Assembly: GCA_946965045.2 (NCBI GenBank)
Contig: OX337231.1
Location: 2,294,001-2,358,000, forward strand
From: Epithemia pelagica
Lineage: Eukaryota > Protista > Bacillariophyta
Direction: 5' to 3'
DNA length: 64,000 bases
Under the pieces are notes generated by a model. That model did not search any database, was not told the DNA's origin, and worked only from the letters and a program-made list of their open reading frames with translations. Positions 33,884 to 43,371 of the stretch are shown here, one piece after another; the stretch's first letter is position 1, and every line of letters starts with the position of its first letter. Both the position numbers and the translations under genes were made by a program.

Positions 33884-35809
33884 TCATGACACGGTATCAT
33901 GTTCCGTCATATCTTTCTTGTCGCCAAGGATTCCCTTACACAATAGAATATGGTCCTTGAGATTCAACTGCTGTTGGGACCCAAACTTGCGTTCATTGAC
34001 CGAGATCAATTGTTGATTGGACTCGAGAAATGTTTTCCAGGAGGCAATGGCCCAGGATGGGGACAAGCTGTGTTGTACCAGTAGCAAACTGTTGTCATGG
34101 TCGTCGTCGTCGTTGTCCTGGTCCAATGGTGTGTCGTGGTTGGTACTCGTCATTTGCGCCGCCGCCGCCATGTCCCACGACGTCCATGGGTGCCAGTGGA
34201 TGGGTGAATTCCCGACACTCTTGGTGGCGCTGATTGTTGGTTCTTTGGTTGGGTGGTGGTGGTGCGAAGAATCGGCATTGGTATTGGCGGTTGTGATCGT
34301 TTTGCGGTCCTTGTCACTTGCTTTGGTTCGTGTGAATTTTGTGGGAGCCAGCATGCCCACGACAATTCCATAGTGAGCACCCTGTCCTTTCAGTTGCGAC
34401 GGTTGTTTGGTGCAGGGATTGGAATCGTAGGGGAGAATCCACAGGGACCCGTGGTGTACCAGTTGGTGATAGAGGGTACGGACCCACACGTGGTCGTCGT
34501 TTCGAGTGGAGTACAATTCACACTCCAATCCACACACGTCGCGTGCCAAGGTTTGCAAGTGACGGATATCAAAGACTTCTCCATCCTGGGTATAGCCCCG
34601 GTCACGGGCCACGGTCAACAAGGACGGGCATGGCACATTGTCTGGTTCCGAAGTAGTACTCGTTGGAGGATTGAAAGGTCTGCCATTGTTGTTTTGTGGG
34701 TGGTGGTGGTGGTGTACGAAATAGTCTCGCACCATGCGCAAGGCAGCCAATCCACACGAAGGACCAATTTGGGCTTGCCAGGGCACGGAATGGAACTGAT
34801 AGCACCAGTCGACAACCCTACTACTACCACCATTCTGGAACAAAAAAGAAGAAGCAGCAGCAGCAGCATGGTCCCGCCGCCACCACCGCATGGTTGGAAT
34901 GGCGTGTTCCAGTTCTTGGAACCGCGTTTCGACTGGAACCTGTAGGGACGACCCCGTTTCTTCCACCAAGCGTTTGCACAACCATACATCGGTTTCTTGT
35001 TGTTCTTGCGGTTGCTCATCGTTTGATTCGCCAGAGGACGACAAGAGTGGAATGACTTCCTGTACCGGTCGTTGCGATTGTGCTGGTTCTGTTAAAGCGG
35101 TTGTGGCTTTTCGGGATGATATCGGTTGCGATTTTTGTCGAATCATGTCTTCCAAAGATTGGACTTGATGGGTGTGCAAGGATTTGAGACAGGTTCGTTT
35201 CAGCGAGACTCGGTGACTGGGTTGATATCCCAAGTGTCGACGATAAAAGTCCACGGCGGTTGTCGTCCACAAGTACAGGTACTGGTATCCGAGCCGTTGC
35301 GCTTCCTCTTGCAACACGGTCATGAGAATACGTCCCCATCCCCGTCGTCGATGAGCCGCATGAATCACCACAAAGGTAACGGCGGCCGCAGTGCCTCCGG
35401 CACTGGTAAAACAGTCCGTCAAACGACCATGTCCAATGACTTGACACGGTTCATGGGTACTGTCATGGCACAGCATGAGTTGGTAACTACAGGGGAGGCC
35501 TCCTTCGGAATGGTGGTGTGGGGTCACAATCTTGTTCTCAAATCCATTCGCAGCAGCACCACCACCAGAATTTGCCGTCGTTGAAGGAGGCGGAACCGTT
35601 TGGGGCCATTGTTGATGAAGCATTTCGACCGTTTGTGTCACCCACTCGTGGTTGGCTTGGACCAACCCTCCAGTGTCATTACGAGTATTGGTGTCATCCG
35701 TGTCTGGATGCGGCTCGTCGGAAACAAATTGAACCAGTCGATAGGATTGGTCGTCATGTTTCTGGTTGTGTGTGGATCCAACCGGTTTGTAATACAATCG
35801 GGAGGACAT
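33884..35809 (-). CDS. Fusion of an NAA80-like GNAT acetyltransferase and an ACTMAP (C19orf54/UPF0692)-like cysteine protease
   Basis: One intron-free ORF (ATG at 35809, open from 35941). GNAT part: MLHQQWP, VIGHGRL, RRRGWGRILM, LYLWT, DFYRRHLGY, DVWLCKRL. Protease part: QIGPSCGLAAL, RGYTQDGEVF, ILPYD, KGQGAHYG, ESNQQL. Confidence 0.85.
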   Translation of the reverse strand: MSSRLYYKPVGSTHNQKHDDQSYRLVQFVSDEPHPDTDDTNTRNDTGGLVQANHEWVTQTVEMLHQQWPQTVPPPSTTANSGGGAAANGFENKIVTPHHHSEGGLPCSYQLMLCHDSTHEPCQVIGHGRLTDCFTSAGGTAAAVTFVVIHAAHRRRGWGRILMTVLQEEAQRLGYQYLYLWTTTAVDFYRRHLGYQPSHRVSLKRTCLKSLHTHQVQSLEDMIRQKSQPISSRKATTALTEPAQSQRPVQEVIPLLSSSGESNDEQPQEQQETDVWLCKRLVEETGSSLQVPVETRFQELEHAIPTMRWWRRDHAAAAASSFLFQNGGSSRVVDWCYQFHSVPWQAQIGPSCGLAALRMVRDYFVHHHHHPQNNNGRPFNPPTSTTSEPDNVPCPSLLTVARDRGYTQDGEVFDIRHLQTLARDVCGLECELYSTRNDDHVWVRTLYHQLVHHGSLWILPYDSNPCTKQPSQLKGQGAHYGIVVGMLAPTKFTRTKASDKDRKTITTANTNADSSHHHHPTKEPTISATKSVGNSPIHWHPWTSWDMAAAAQMTSTNHDTPLDQDNDDDDHDNSLLLVQHSLSPSWAIASWKTFLESNQQLISVNERKFGSQQQLNLKDHILLCKGILGDKKDMTEHDTVS

Positions 35810-36632
35810 GTTGTCTCTCCACAAACAAGACACAAGAAGAAGGATGACAATGGGTGTTGGTATGTTCTCTGTGTTCGGTGGATCGGATTGATTGTGTGTG
35901 GAGCGAGTGTGATTGTTTGGGCGCATTTGGAGCATGGCCAATCCAGTCGCTTGGAGGGGGATTCGGGGGGTATCGGTCGCCTTAACACACGCACATGAGA
36001 CGCGGATTCCTTATTCCTTCCATTCCCCCAGCAGAAACGCGAAGCCATCTCCCATGACGTGGATTCCCTTTTTGGATGACGTAGGACAAATCATACTGTC
36101 GACTGAAAAGTAGTTGGAGAGAATCCATCGCGAAACGCGGGATGGTCCTTTTCCGTGTCTGTGTCTCACCATCATCTTTCTCATTCAACCAACCTTGTGG
36201 TCGGTCTTGGACTTTCTGGACGCGATATAGTATATCCCAGTTCGATTGGATTCGACACAATTGCATCCCGTAATCAAAGAGTTTCCCACTACTACCAAAC
36301 CCAGTCTGTTTTACCATGTCTGCCGCCGCAACAAGCAATGCCATTCGTTCCGCTGTGGTCAAAGGATCCAAATCATGGCCGCATCAAAGTCCTGCCTTGA
36401 CGGTACGTTTGTTGGTTTGGTTCGGTTGCGCTGACACCACCCAAGATTCGGTCGACGAATCCACGACGACGGAGACATGTGTGTGTGTGCCGTAAATCAG
36501 GATGGGTGTCGTCCTGTATGTTGTCGCGAGTTGCGTGTCTCATTCCAATTCCTTCTATTCTTTCTTTTTCTTGTGCAATCCTCCCTACACATTAACACTT
36601 GTTCGAATTGGCACATGTGAGCGCAGAAGGCG

Positions 36633-38024
36633 GTGGACAATGTCTCGAAATTGCAATTGTCACCCGAGCACGAACAACCCATGGGAAGTTGGTCGTCGGA
36701 GCAAATTCGCGAGGCCACCTCCGAGTCGGTCATGCTGACCTGGGCACCGGGCAAGGTTCGGCACAACACACCCATTATCACCCATGGCGAAGGCGTCTAT
36801 TTGTTTGACGACAAGGGCAACAAGTTTTTGGATTGGACCTCCCAGGCCGTGTGTTCCAATACCGGGTATACCTTGCCCCAGTCTGTCATTGATGCCACGA
36901 CCAAGCAACTGCAAGACTTACCATTTGTCTATGGTGGATTGGGCATTACCGAAGTGCGGGCCCGATTGAGCAAACTCATGTCGGACATTTTGCCCGGCGA
37001 CTTGCAAGGCATGGTCTTTCCCTCGTCGGGGTCGGAAGCCAACGAGGCGGCCATTATGATGGCCCGTCGTCATACGGGAAAATTCAAGGTGATCAACTGG
37101 TATCGGAGTTACCACGGTGGAACCACCAATTCACAACAGGCCACCGGTGACTTTCGTCGATGGTTTGGTGGCGATCACGTGCCCGGCTTTGTCAAGGCCT
37201 TTCACCCCTTTCCCCTCTTTTGGGATTTGGCCGGCGAAACCGAAGAAGAACGCACCCAAATGGCCCTCAACATGTTGGAAGAACAAGTCCTCAACGAAGG
37301 CCCCGATACCGTGGCCATGATCCAATTTGAATCCGTGATTGGGGGCGGGGGCGTCTTGATACCGCCGCCGGGATATATGCAAGGCGTTCGGGCCATTTGC
37401 GACAAGTACAACATTGTCCTGCACTGCGACGAAGTCATGGTTGGATTTGGACGGACCGGAGAATTGTTTGGTTTTCAAAATTATGAGGGCGTCCTCCCCG
37501 ACATTGTCACGGCCGCCAAGGGCATCACCTCGGGAACCCTCCCCCTCTCCATGACGGCATGTCGCAAGCACATTATGGAAAGCTTTGAAGACAAGGCCTT
37601 GGGATGGGGATCCACCTACCAGGCCCACCCCGTCGCCATGGCCTGTGCCTACGAAAATGTCAAGTACTTGATCCAAAATGACGTACTCGGTCATGTGCAA
37701 CGATTGGCGCCCACCTTTGAACGGGAAATGAAACGCTTGGCCGAAAATCATCCCTCCATCAAGCAATATCGTTCCGTCGGTTTGTTTGGATGTTTGGATG
37801 CCCACAATCCGGATGGATCCAATCCTCAATTGCAACATACGGCCGTCGACCAAGCCTTTGTCCAGTACAAAAAGGCGGTCGCCGAAAATGGATTGATTGG
37901 CTTGTTGCGTCCTCCCCACATGCATGTGGCACCTCCATTGGTCATTCAAGAAGACGAACTGTTGGATGGATTTGAACGACAAGACAAGGCCCTCTATGCC
38001 TTGGATGAAGGTTTGGGATTTTAA
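36633..38024 (+). CDS. Class III PLP-dependent aminotransferase (omega-amino acid/taurine/GABA-type); 5' end uncertain
   Basis: GEGVYLFDDKGNKFLDW, SYHG, CDEVMVGFGRTG, PDIVTAAKG (PLP Lys), GSTYQAHP. The listed start is GTG. The true start is probably ATG 36375 with intron(s) (GTACGT donor at 36403). Confidence 0.9.
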   Translation: MDNVSKLQLSPEHEQPMGSWSSEQIREATSESVMLTWAPGKVRHNTPIITHGEGVYLFDDKGNKFLDWTSQAVCSNTGYTLPQSVIDATTKQLQDLPFVYGGLGITEVRARLSKLMSDILPGDLQGMVFPSSGSEANEAAIMMARRHTGKFKVINWYRSYHGGTTNSQQATGDFRRWFGGDHVPGFVKAFHPFPLFWDLAGETEEERTQMALNMLEEQVLNEGPDTVAMIQFESVIGGGGVLIPPPGYMQGVRAICDKYNIVLHCDEVMVGFGRTGELFGFQNYEGVLPDIVTAAKGITSGTLPLSMTACRKHIMESFEDKALGWGSTYQAHPVAMACAYENVKYLIQNDVLGHVQRLAPTFEREMKRLAENHPSIKQYRSVGLFGCLDAHNPDGSNPQLQHTAVDQAFVQYKKAVAENGLIGLLRPPHMHVAPPLVIQEDELLDGFERQDKALYALDEGLGF

Positions 38025-38768
38025 GTGTTGTAGAGAATGGAAGCCATTGAACCACTCGTGACGGATCAACCACAAGACGGAAAATGACTTGTTACGTTTT
38101 GCATGCTTTGCTAGAAGTATAATTACTTACACATGTTACATACAGCAGATTCTACTTGACCGATACCACGTAACCGTTGGCATTCTCGAATCCGTATCGG
38201 GTTGTCATGTCATAGATACGACGTAAGGGGCTTAAAAGAAAGGATCCTACCCTTCGAGAAATGCATTCCCATACACTATCTTCATGTGGAGATTGGTTGT
38301 GTATCAAGAAAGACTCGTCTCGCCCATGATTCAAAGTAGCCCATGAACTTGTACGGGCAATACGAGCCATTGGCAACGGCGGCACCATTGCATCCACAAC
38401 GTGAGCAGCACCAGTGGTGGTAGCCGTACAAGGACAAGCACCAATACGGCCGATCATGTCTTGGCGGCCGTGTTGGAAGTAAGTCGTCGAATCTCCAAAC
38501 GGTTTGACTTGCTTGTCGCACGGATTGGGTGGTATGTGGGTCATGGCACCATCGCACAGCATGGAACAGTATATCGGACCGTCCTTTGATCACGAAATCC
38601 TGGATTCATGACGACGGATACTGTTTGACATTCGCCATAAGCTTGTTGTTTCATCCGATTGATAACAATGTTTGGATAGAGGGAGATTTGTCTTTTTTCT
38701 TTGTGTCCAGCGTGATTGGTAGACTGGGATTTTGGACTTGGCCATGGTCACGTCCAAGGATGATTCGG

Positions 38769-39734
38769 CTAGAGAGCTTCTTCTTTTTCTTGTCCTACTG
38801 GTTCGGGTTGCTTTGGTGCTGCTGCACCTTGAACGGAACGACTAGCCATGGACCGAACCCAGCCGCCATAGCAACAACAACAACAACAGGAAGAAGAAAG
38901 CCAGTGACAGGCTTGGTTCCACAGGGATGGTTGTGGATAGAGTGAAAGTTGAATGTAGCCTCCCTTTTGGCGGTGTTGTTGTTGTTTTGGATCGGGTACC
39001 ATTGATGAAATGTCGTCCCCTTTTGATTCCGGTGGTGACACCCATGGAATCCATGCCTTGTCGTAGGATTCGGGTGGAGAAGTAGTAGCGTCGTTGGGGA
39101 GATTTGCATGGGCCGCATCCTTTGATTGACGCGTTTGTAGTCGTCCCGGAAGAGTCAGAGTCAAGGGAACTGTCCCTAACAAGACCATGTTGTCCGCATG
39201 ATTGTTGGCATTGTTGTCGTCGTTCCTTTCATTCGTATTGATTGACGTTGTCCAATCCAGTTGCCACACCAGCAATTCCAGTGACACATGCTTCTCATTG
39301 TCCTTGTTGTGGTTGTTACTATTGTCGTCGTCTAGCAACAACAAAGCAGAAGAAGAAACGAGTTCTACCGTCAAGACTTGCTCAAAGTGGGGATGGAGGC
39401 TGACAAAGCCCAGATCACGAAATTGTGTGGACGGAAGAGTCGTTTGGCTCGAGTTGGTTACAGAACGGTTGCTTGTTGTAGCCAACACTTGCCGAACTTC
39501 CACAAATGGATACTGCAAGGCATCTGGATCCCAGGACGACAAGGAAACGAGCCAAGCAGAAGAGGAGGTATTGGAGGTTGAAATGGACGAAAACGGAAGG
39601 GAGGAAGAACCGGAATTGGAAGAGGAAGGATCCGTACCAGTTCTGGAAGATTTGGTACGGCGTTTGTCTGCCGGTGGATGGTGCAGCGGCACGCCTCGAA
39701 TCGTATGCACAATCAATGTGTACGGGACGCTCAT
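38769..39734 (-). CDS. Divergent C2-domain-like protein with low-complexity insertions
   Basis: Beta-strand pattern YTLIVHTIRG / YPFVEV / PHFEQVLTV / LELLVW / LLGTVPL / GYIQLSL resembles a C2 fold. First ATG at 39734. The 3' end may be incomplete. Confidence 0.45.
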   Translation of the reverse strand: MSVPYTLIVHTIRGVPLHHPPADKRRTKSSRTGTDPSSSNSGSSSLPFSSISTSNTSSSAWLVSLSSWDPDALQYPFVEVRQVLATTSNRSVTNSSQTTLPSTQFRDLGFVSLHPHFEQVLTVELVSSSALLLLDDDNSNNHNKDNEKHVSLELLVWQLDWTTSINTNERNDDNNANNHADNMVLLGTVPLTLTLPGRLQTRQSKDAAHANLPNDATTSPPESYDKAWIPWVSPPESKGDDISSMVPDPKQQQHRQKGGYIQLSLYPQPSLWNQACHWLSSSCCCCCCYGGWVRSMASRSVQGAAAPKQPEPVGQEKEEAL

Positions 39735-40040
39735 TATTTCCGCCTGGACTTGTGTTTGTCGTTTGGTTCCATCCAAGAGAATAAGGACTACGGGGGGGGG
39801 GACTTGCTGTTGTCCCTTTTGCTAGCAAATCTTTAACTCTTTTGGGACGGCGACCTCTACTTTTGACCACCGGTCATTTCACATTTTTAGTGACCCATTT
39901 CGCCACTTAACAAAATGGACAAAAAATCTCTTGGGGATTCCAAACCACGTAAGAATAATCTATAGGGAATATTGTTACAGGACTCGAATCCAAAAGCAAT
40001 AACTGTGCTTCATTAGTGTCGTCCTTACGACCTTTGCACC

Positions 40041-40781
40041 ATGGACTCTCCTTCCAAACACTCGAAACGGTACAAGCCAAGTACTCCAACATCTGAATCA
40101 CAGACGATTTACATAGACGAAGAGGATCCCGCTACGTACAAGCATGTTTGCAAAGCATCGTCGTCCCCTCTCTTCCTAAGTCCGTTGGGTGGTGAATTGT
40201 TACAACAAGCACAACAAGAGAACAAGAAAATCGATCTTCAAGCAATCAACCAGCAGATCATCGATTCCGACGTGAAGGCAATGATCAAGAAAGATGAAGA
40301 CAAGGAACGGACCAAAGAAGTTAACACCGAAACTGAAGGAGACAAACAAGACAAGGAGGACAAAGCCGAAGACTCTAAACCAACAGCAGTTGTCTCTTCT
40401 TTTATACAAAACAACAACGACCTTCTTTGCGACCAATGTGGACTTTCCCCCTGTGATGGCGTGACTTATGAAATTGCCCTTCAAACCGCAGGTCTTGAAG
40501 CCCATAAACGAAACAACGGGCACAATTGCGCCACACGCCATCACCTCTACAAGTTCTATATCGCGTCCAAGTATGGATCATTGGGCCGTTGGAACCGAGT
40601 TTGGATTCCACAGTGTATTGAGCTAATCATTCACAAAATGTACCCCGATCCAAATGGCGACTACGTTGGATTCCGTAATTCCGGTGCTCCATTCGACGCC
40701 GATTCGTCCCTCAAAGAAGGGGCTACCAACCACGAAGATAGTGATGACAATTCGGCCTCCTCTACAGATGACAGCGTATAA
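40041..40781 (+). CDS. Transposon accessory protein with P2X7-ballast-like (KolX-like) Zn/guanine-nucleotide-binding domain
   Basis: CDQC...C, then NCATRHHLYKFYIASKYGSLG...IPQCIELIIHKMYPDPNGDYVGF. Acidic, disordered N- and C-termini. Confidence 0.75.
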   Translation: MDSPSKHSKRYKPSTPTSESQTIYIDEEDPATYKHVCKASSSPLFLSPLGGELLQQAQQENKKIDLQAINQQIIDSDVKAMIKKDEDKERTKEVNTETEGDKQDKEDKAEDSKPTAVVSSFIQNNNDLLCDQCGLSPCDGVTYEIALQTAGLEAHKRNNGHNCATRHHLYKFYIASKYGSLGRWNRVWIPQCIELIIHKMYPDPNGDYVGFRNSGAPFDADSSLKEGATNHEDSDDNSASSTDDSV

Positions 40782-40851
40782 TAAACCTCATTACTAAATT
40801 ATTGAATATCTTATCGTGTACCTAGTTTTCAATGAATCAAATCTCTCACTC

Positions 40852-43371
40852 TTATTCTCCAAATTTGCGAATGTCTTCTTCTTTCGCACAAATTCCCTTC
40901 TTGCCTTGTTGAATCTCGTACTCTTCCACATCTTCCTTTGTTGGTGTATCTTCGCCTTCCATGTTGTATTCGAGGACATGGGGATTCGCAGTCCAGAAAC
41001 CCTCTAACAGATCGCGAATCTCTTTACAACGATCGTTGCAAAAGGCCACCTTCCAACTGTTGTGATAGAGTGAAAAACACTCGGGATGGAAGCACCGTTG
41101 ACATTGCACACATCCATAGCTCGTAACTGGATGTGTGCCGCCAGTGCCGATGATACTACACAAGTAGCATGTGCTTCTGTGTCGGCGTCCATGATTGACT
41201 GGGTTGGGTTGAAGAATGTGATGAGACAAATTGGTCTCAAAACGAAGTGGCTGGACAGTCTTGTCTGTTTCTGTTGAAGCTTCGGAGGCTTTGGTTACCT
41301 CGCTTGCACCACCAGGAGTATCCGCTTCCAGGTCGACTTCAAAACGGGCACTCTTCCTTGTCGAAGACGTAGAACGTCTTAGTTTTCTTGTTCGGACCGG
41401 CGGTGTCTTGTATCGTGCTGGGGGACGAGGTGGCAATTTGACTTGAATGCTCTCAGCCGACGCAACCTGTGGACCGGCTTTGCTATTTGTTTTCTTCGTG
41501 GCATTGTAAGTTTCTGCATACGGCATGCACAATGACACACAGACCTGCCTCTTGAACTCCCTCAAAGGCATCTCTTTGGTCATTCGAATCTCTTCCTCTT
41601 CTGTGCCTTGCTTTTTAGCGTAGTACATGTCGATCAATTGTGAATTCCGAAGTTTCAGGTACACTTGGAACGCATTCAGAATACAGAGATCCACGACAAA
41701 ATGCCAGATTGTCATATGGAGATGCTTCTCCTTGCGTCGACAAGCATTCGTCGATCGCATCTGGTCCGCCCGATCAACCCCATTCATGAACAAATTGTAT
41801 GCCACTACAGGGGCTGGGACCTTGAATGATTGCTTGGCGTGATACGAGTCCCCCGTCCACCGAAACAACGTGGCAAGACCATGTACGCATCTTACGGCAT
41901 GCTCGTCACTCTTGTCACCGAACAAAGTTTGGGGAGTATCCGCCAGATCATTCGTATAGAAAACGACGAGCTTTTTATCATGAAAGACAATGAACCCGCA
42001 TTGTTTCGCAACAATACAGTATTCATTTACGACCTCGAGTATATCGGACTCGTTAAAGCCGACTTTCGCTCTTGGTAACGACTTAGAATGACCGTCCTTT
42101 TTTTCTTTCTCTTTTTGTATTTTACTGTCCGGATGAATCACGGCCGTGTAGACCTGGACCAAAATCCAGGAACCACGAGGAAGTTTTTCTAAATCTTTCG
42201 TTGCCTGGATCACAGATGGTTTGTTCACCTTGTCAACAAGGTTCATCTTGACGGTACCGGTCACTTTCATGGAATTGTCTGTGAATTCTGAACAAGCCCG
42301 GGCCAATGCATGTCGTGTATAGTAATTATCCATATACACGACAGTATGGACTTGGGAATCGTTGCTGCGGCGATGAGAAGCAGCTCCTGCTATCGACCTG
42401 TATAGCAATCCAATCATTAGCACCCAAAGCATTGATGCGCTGTCAAATGCTACTGGACAAGCGTTGCGCATCCGACTTTTGCACGCTTGTGAAAACTGAT
42501 TGAAGGACGACCAAAGTTCACCGAAGACCTTCATAAAGCGTTCGGAAGGCGTTTGGTTGAGTGCATTACCGGTGCCATTATCCCACAAGGCGAACGTATA
42601 AACACTCTTCCAACCAACAAGAGCGTAAAAACGGATGGCAAATTTATCTGGTTTAGACGGAAGGTAGGACGACGCTTTGGTCCTTGCTTTGGTCGGACAA
42701 CTCGCCTCGTCAAGCGCAACCGGCCCAACAACGTAACCAACAGAAGCGAAATTTCGGAGAACGTGACCAAGAAGCGGTCGGACTTGCCACAGCGGGTCTT
42801 CCATGTTGCCACATGTCGAGTTCGAATACACCTTCAACGAACCACGGACGGTAGTGAAGGTGTCTCTGGCCATAGAATTGGAGAATGACAGAGAGCTGAG
42901 AAACATTTTAGAGCTCCACAGTTCCTTGATGGAGGTACTGTTGCAAAGAGATAATGCGATATCTAATCCAATGACACACCGAAAAAGCTTTGGTGTAAGG
43001 ACAATCTTCTTGCCAGAGTTGCCATCCTTGGAGGCCAATTCGTCTTGTGTGGCCTTGAGCATGAAGCGATCAATGAATCCTTGCGGGATGAACTGGAAGA
43101 ATAGTCCAAGTGGGCCGTCGTCTTTGTAAGCCTGAGCACAAGCCACCGGGTTGAATAGAACCAGGTCCGACGCAGCCATCTGTTCATCAAAAATGTACTT
43201 GTTTTCCGATCTCCAAACACTAATTTGTTCTTCGGTGGGAGTATGAGCAGAAATCAAAGGGACAGAGGTTTCTTCGTTATCTTCGTCATCATCAGAGTCA
43301 GGATGTCTAAAGTCAAGTTCCCTCGCAGCCGAAGGAGGCTTGTCGGTGTCTTGGGTTGACCGATCTGCCAT
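40852..43371 (-). CDS. piggyBac transposase (DDE_Tnp_1_7-type) with C-terminal Cys-rich domain, apparently intact
   Basis: ALDEAS, PSKPDKFAIRFY, YMDNYYT, YNLFMNGVDRADQ give three catalytic Asp. C-terminal CYLC...GCVQCQRCFHPECFSLYH. No stops. ATG at 43371. Confidence 0.93.
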   Translation of the reverse strand: MADRSTQDTDKPPSAARELDFRHPDSDDDEDNEETSVPLISAHTPTEEQISVWRSENKYIFDEQMAASDLVLFNPVACAQAYKDDGPLGLFFQFIPQGFIDRFMLKATQDELASKDGNSGKKIVLTPKLFRCVIGLDIALSLCNSTSIKELWSSKMFLSSLSFSNSMARDTFTTVRGSLKVYSNSTCGNMEDPLWQVRPLLGHVLRNFASVGYVVGPVALDEASCPTKARTKASSYLPSKPDKFAIRFYALVGWKSVYTFALWDNGTGNALNQTPSERFMKVFGELWSSFNQFSQACKSRMRNACPVAFDSASMLWVLMIGLLYRSIAGAASHRRSNDSQVHTVVYMDNYYTRHALARACSEFTDNSMKVTGTVKMNLVDKVNKPSVIQATKDLEKLPRGSWILVQVYTAVIHPDSKIQKEKEKKDGHSKSLPRAKVGFNESDILEVVNEYCIVAKQCGFIVFHDKKLVVFYTNDLADTPQTLFGDKSDEHAVRCVHGLATLFRWTGDSYHAKQSFKVPAPVVAYNLFMNGVDRADQMRSTNACRRKEKHLHMTIWHFVVDLCILNAFQVYLKLRNSQLIDMYYAKKQGTEEEEIRMTKEMPLREFKRQVCVSLCMPYAETYNATKKTNSKAGPQVASAESIQVKLPPRPPARYKTPPVRTRKLRRSTSSTRKSARFEVDLEADTPGGASEVTKASEASTETDKTVQPLRFETNLSHHILQPNPVNHGRRHRSTCYLCSIIGTGGTHPVTSYGCVQCQRCFHPECFSLYHNSWKVAFCNDRCKEIRDLLEGFWTANPHVLEYNMEGEDTPTKEDVEEYEIQQGKKGICAKEEDIRKFGE

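Noticed and set aside
38152-38768. Possible extra exon or gene downstream of the C2-like ORF
   Set aside because: Only short ORFs with no motifs and no in-phase splice sites that I could support.
12104-40781. A purinergic system linking the nucleotidase-GPCR with the P2X7-ballast-like ORF
   Set aside because: The ballast-like ORF has no channel domain and lies inside a transposon about 24 kb away. The shared theme is coincidental.
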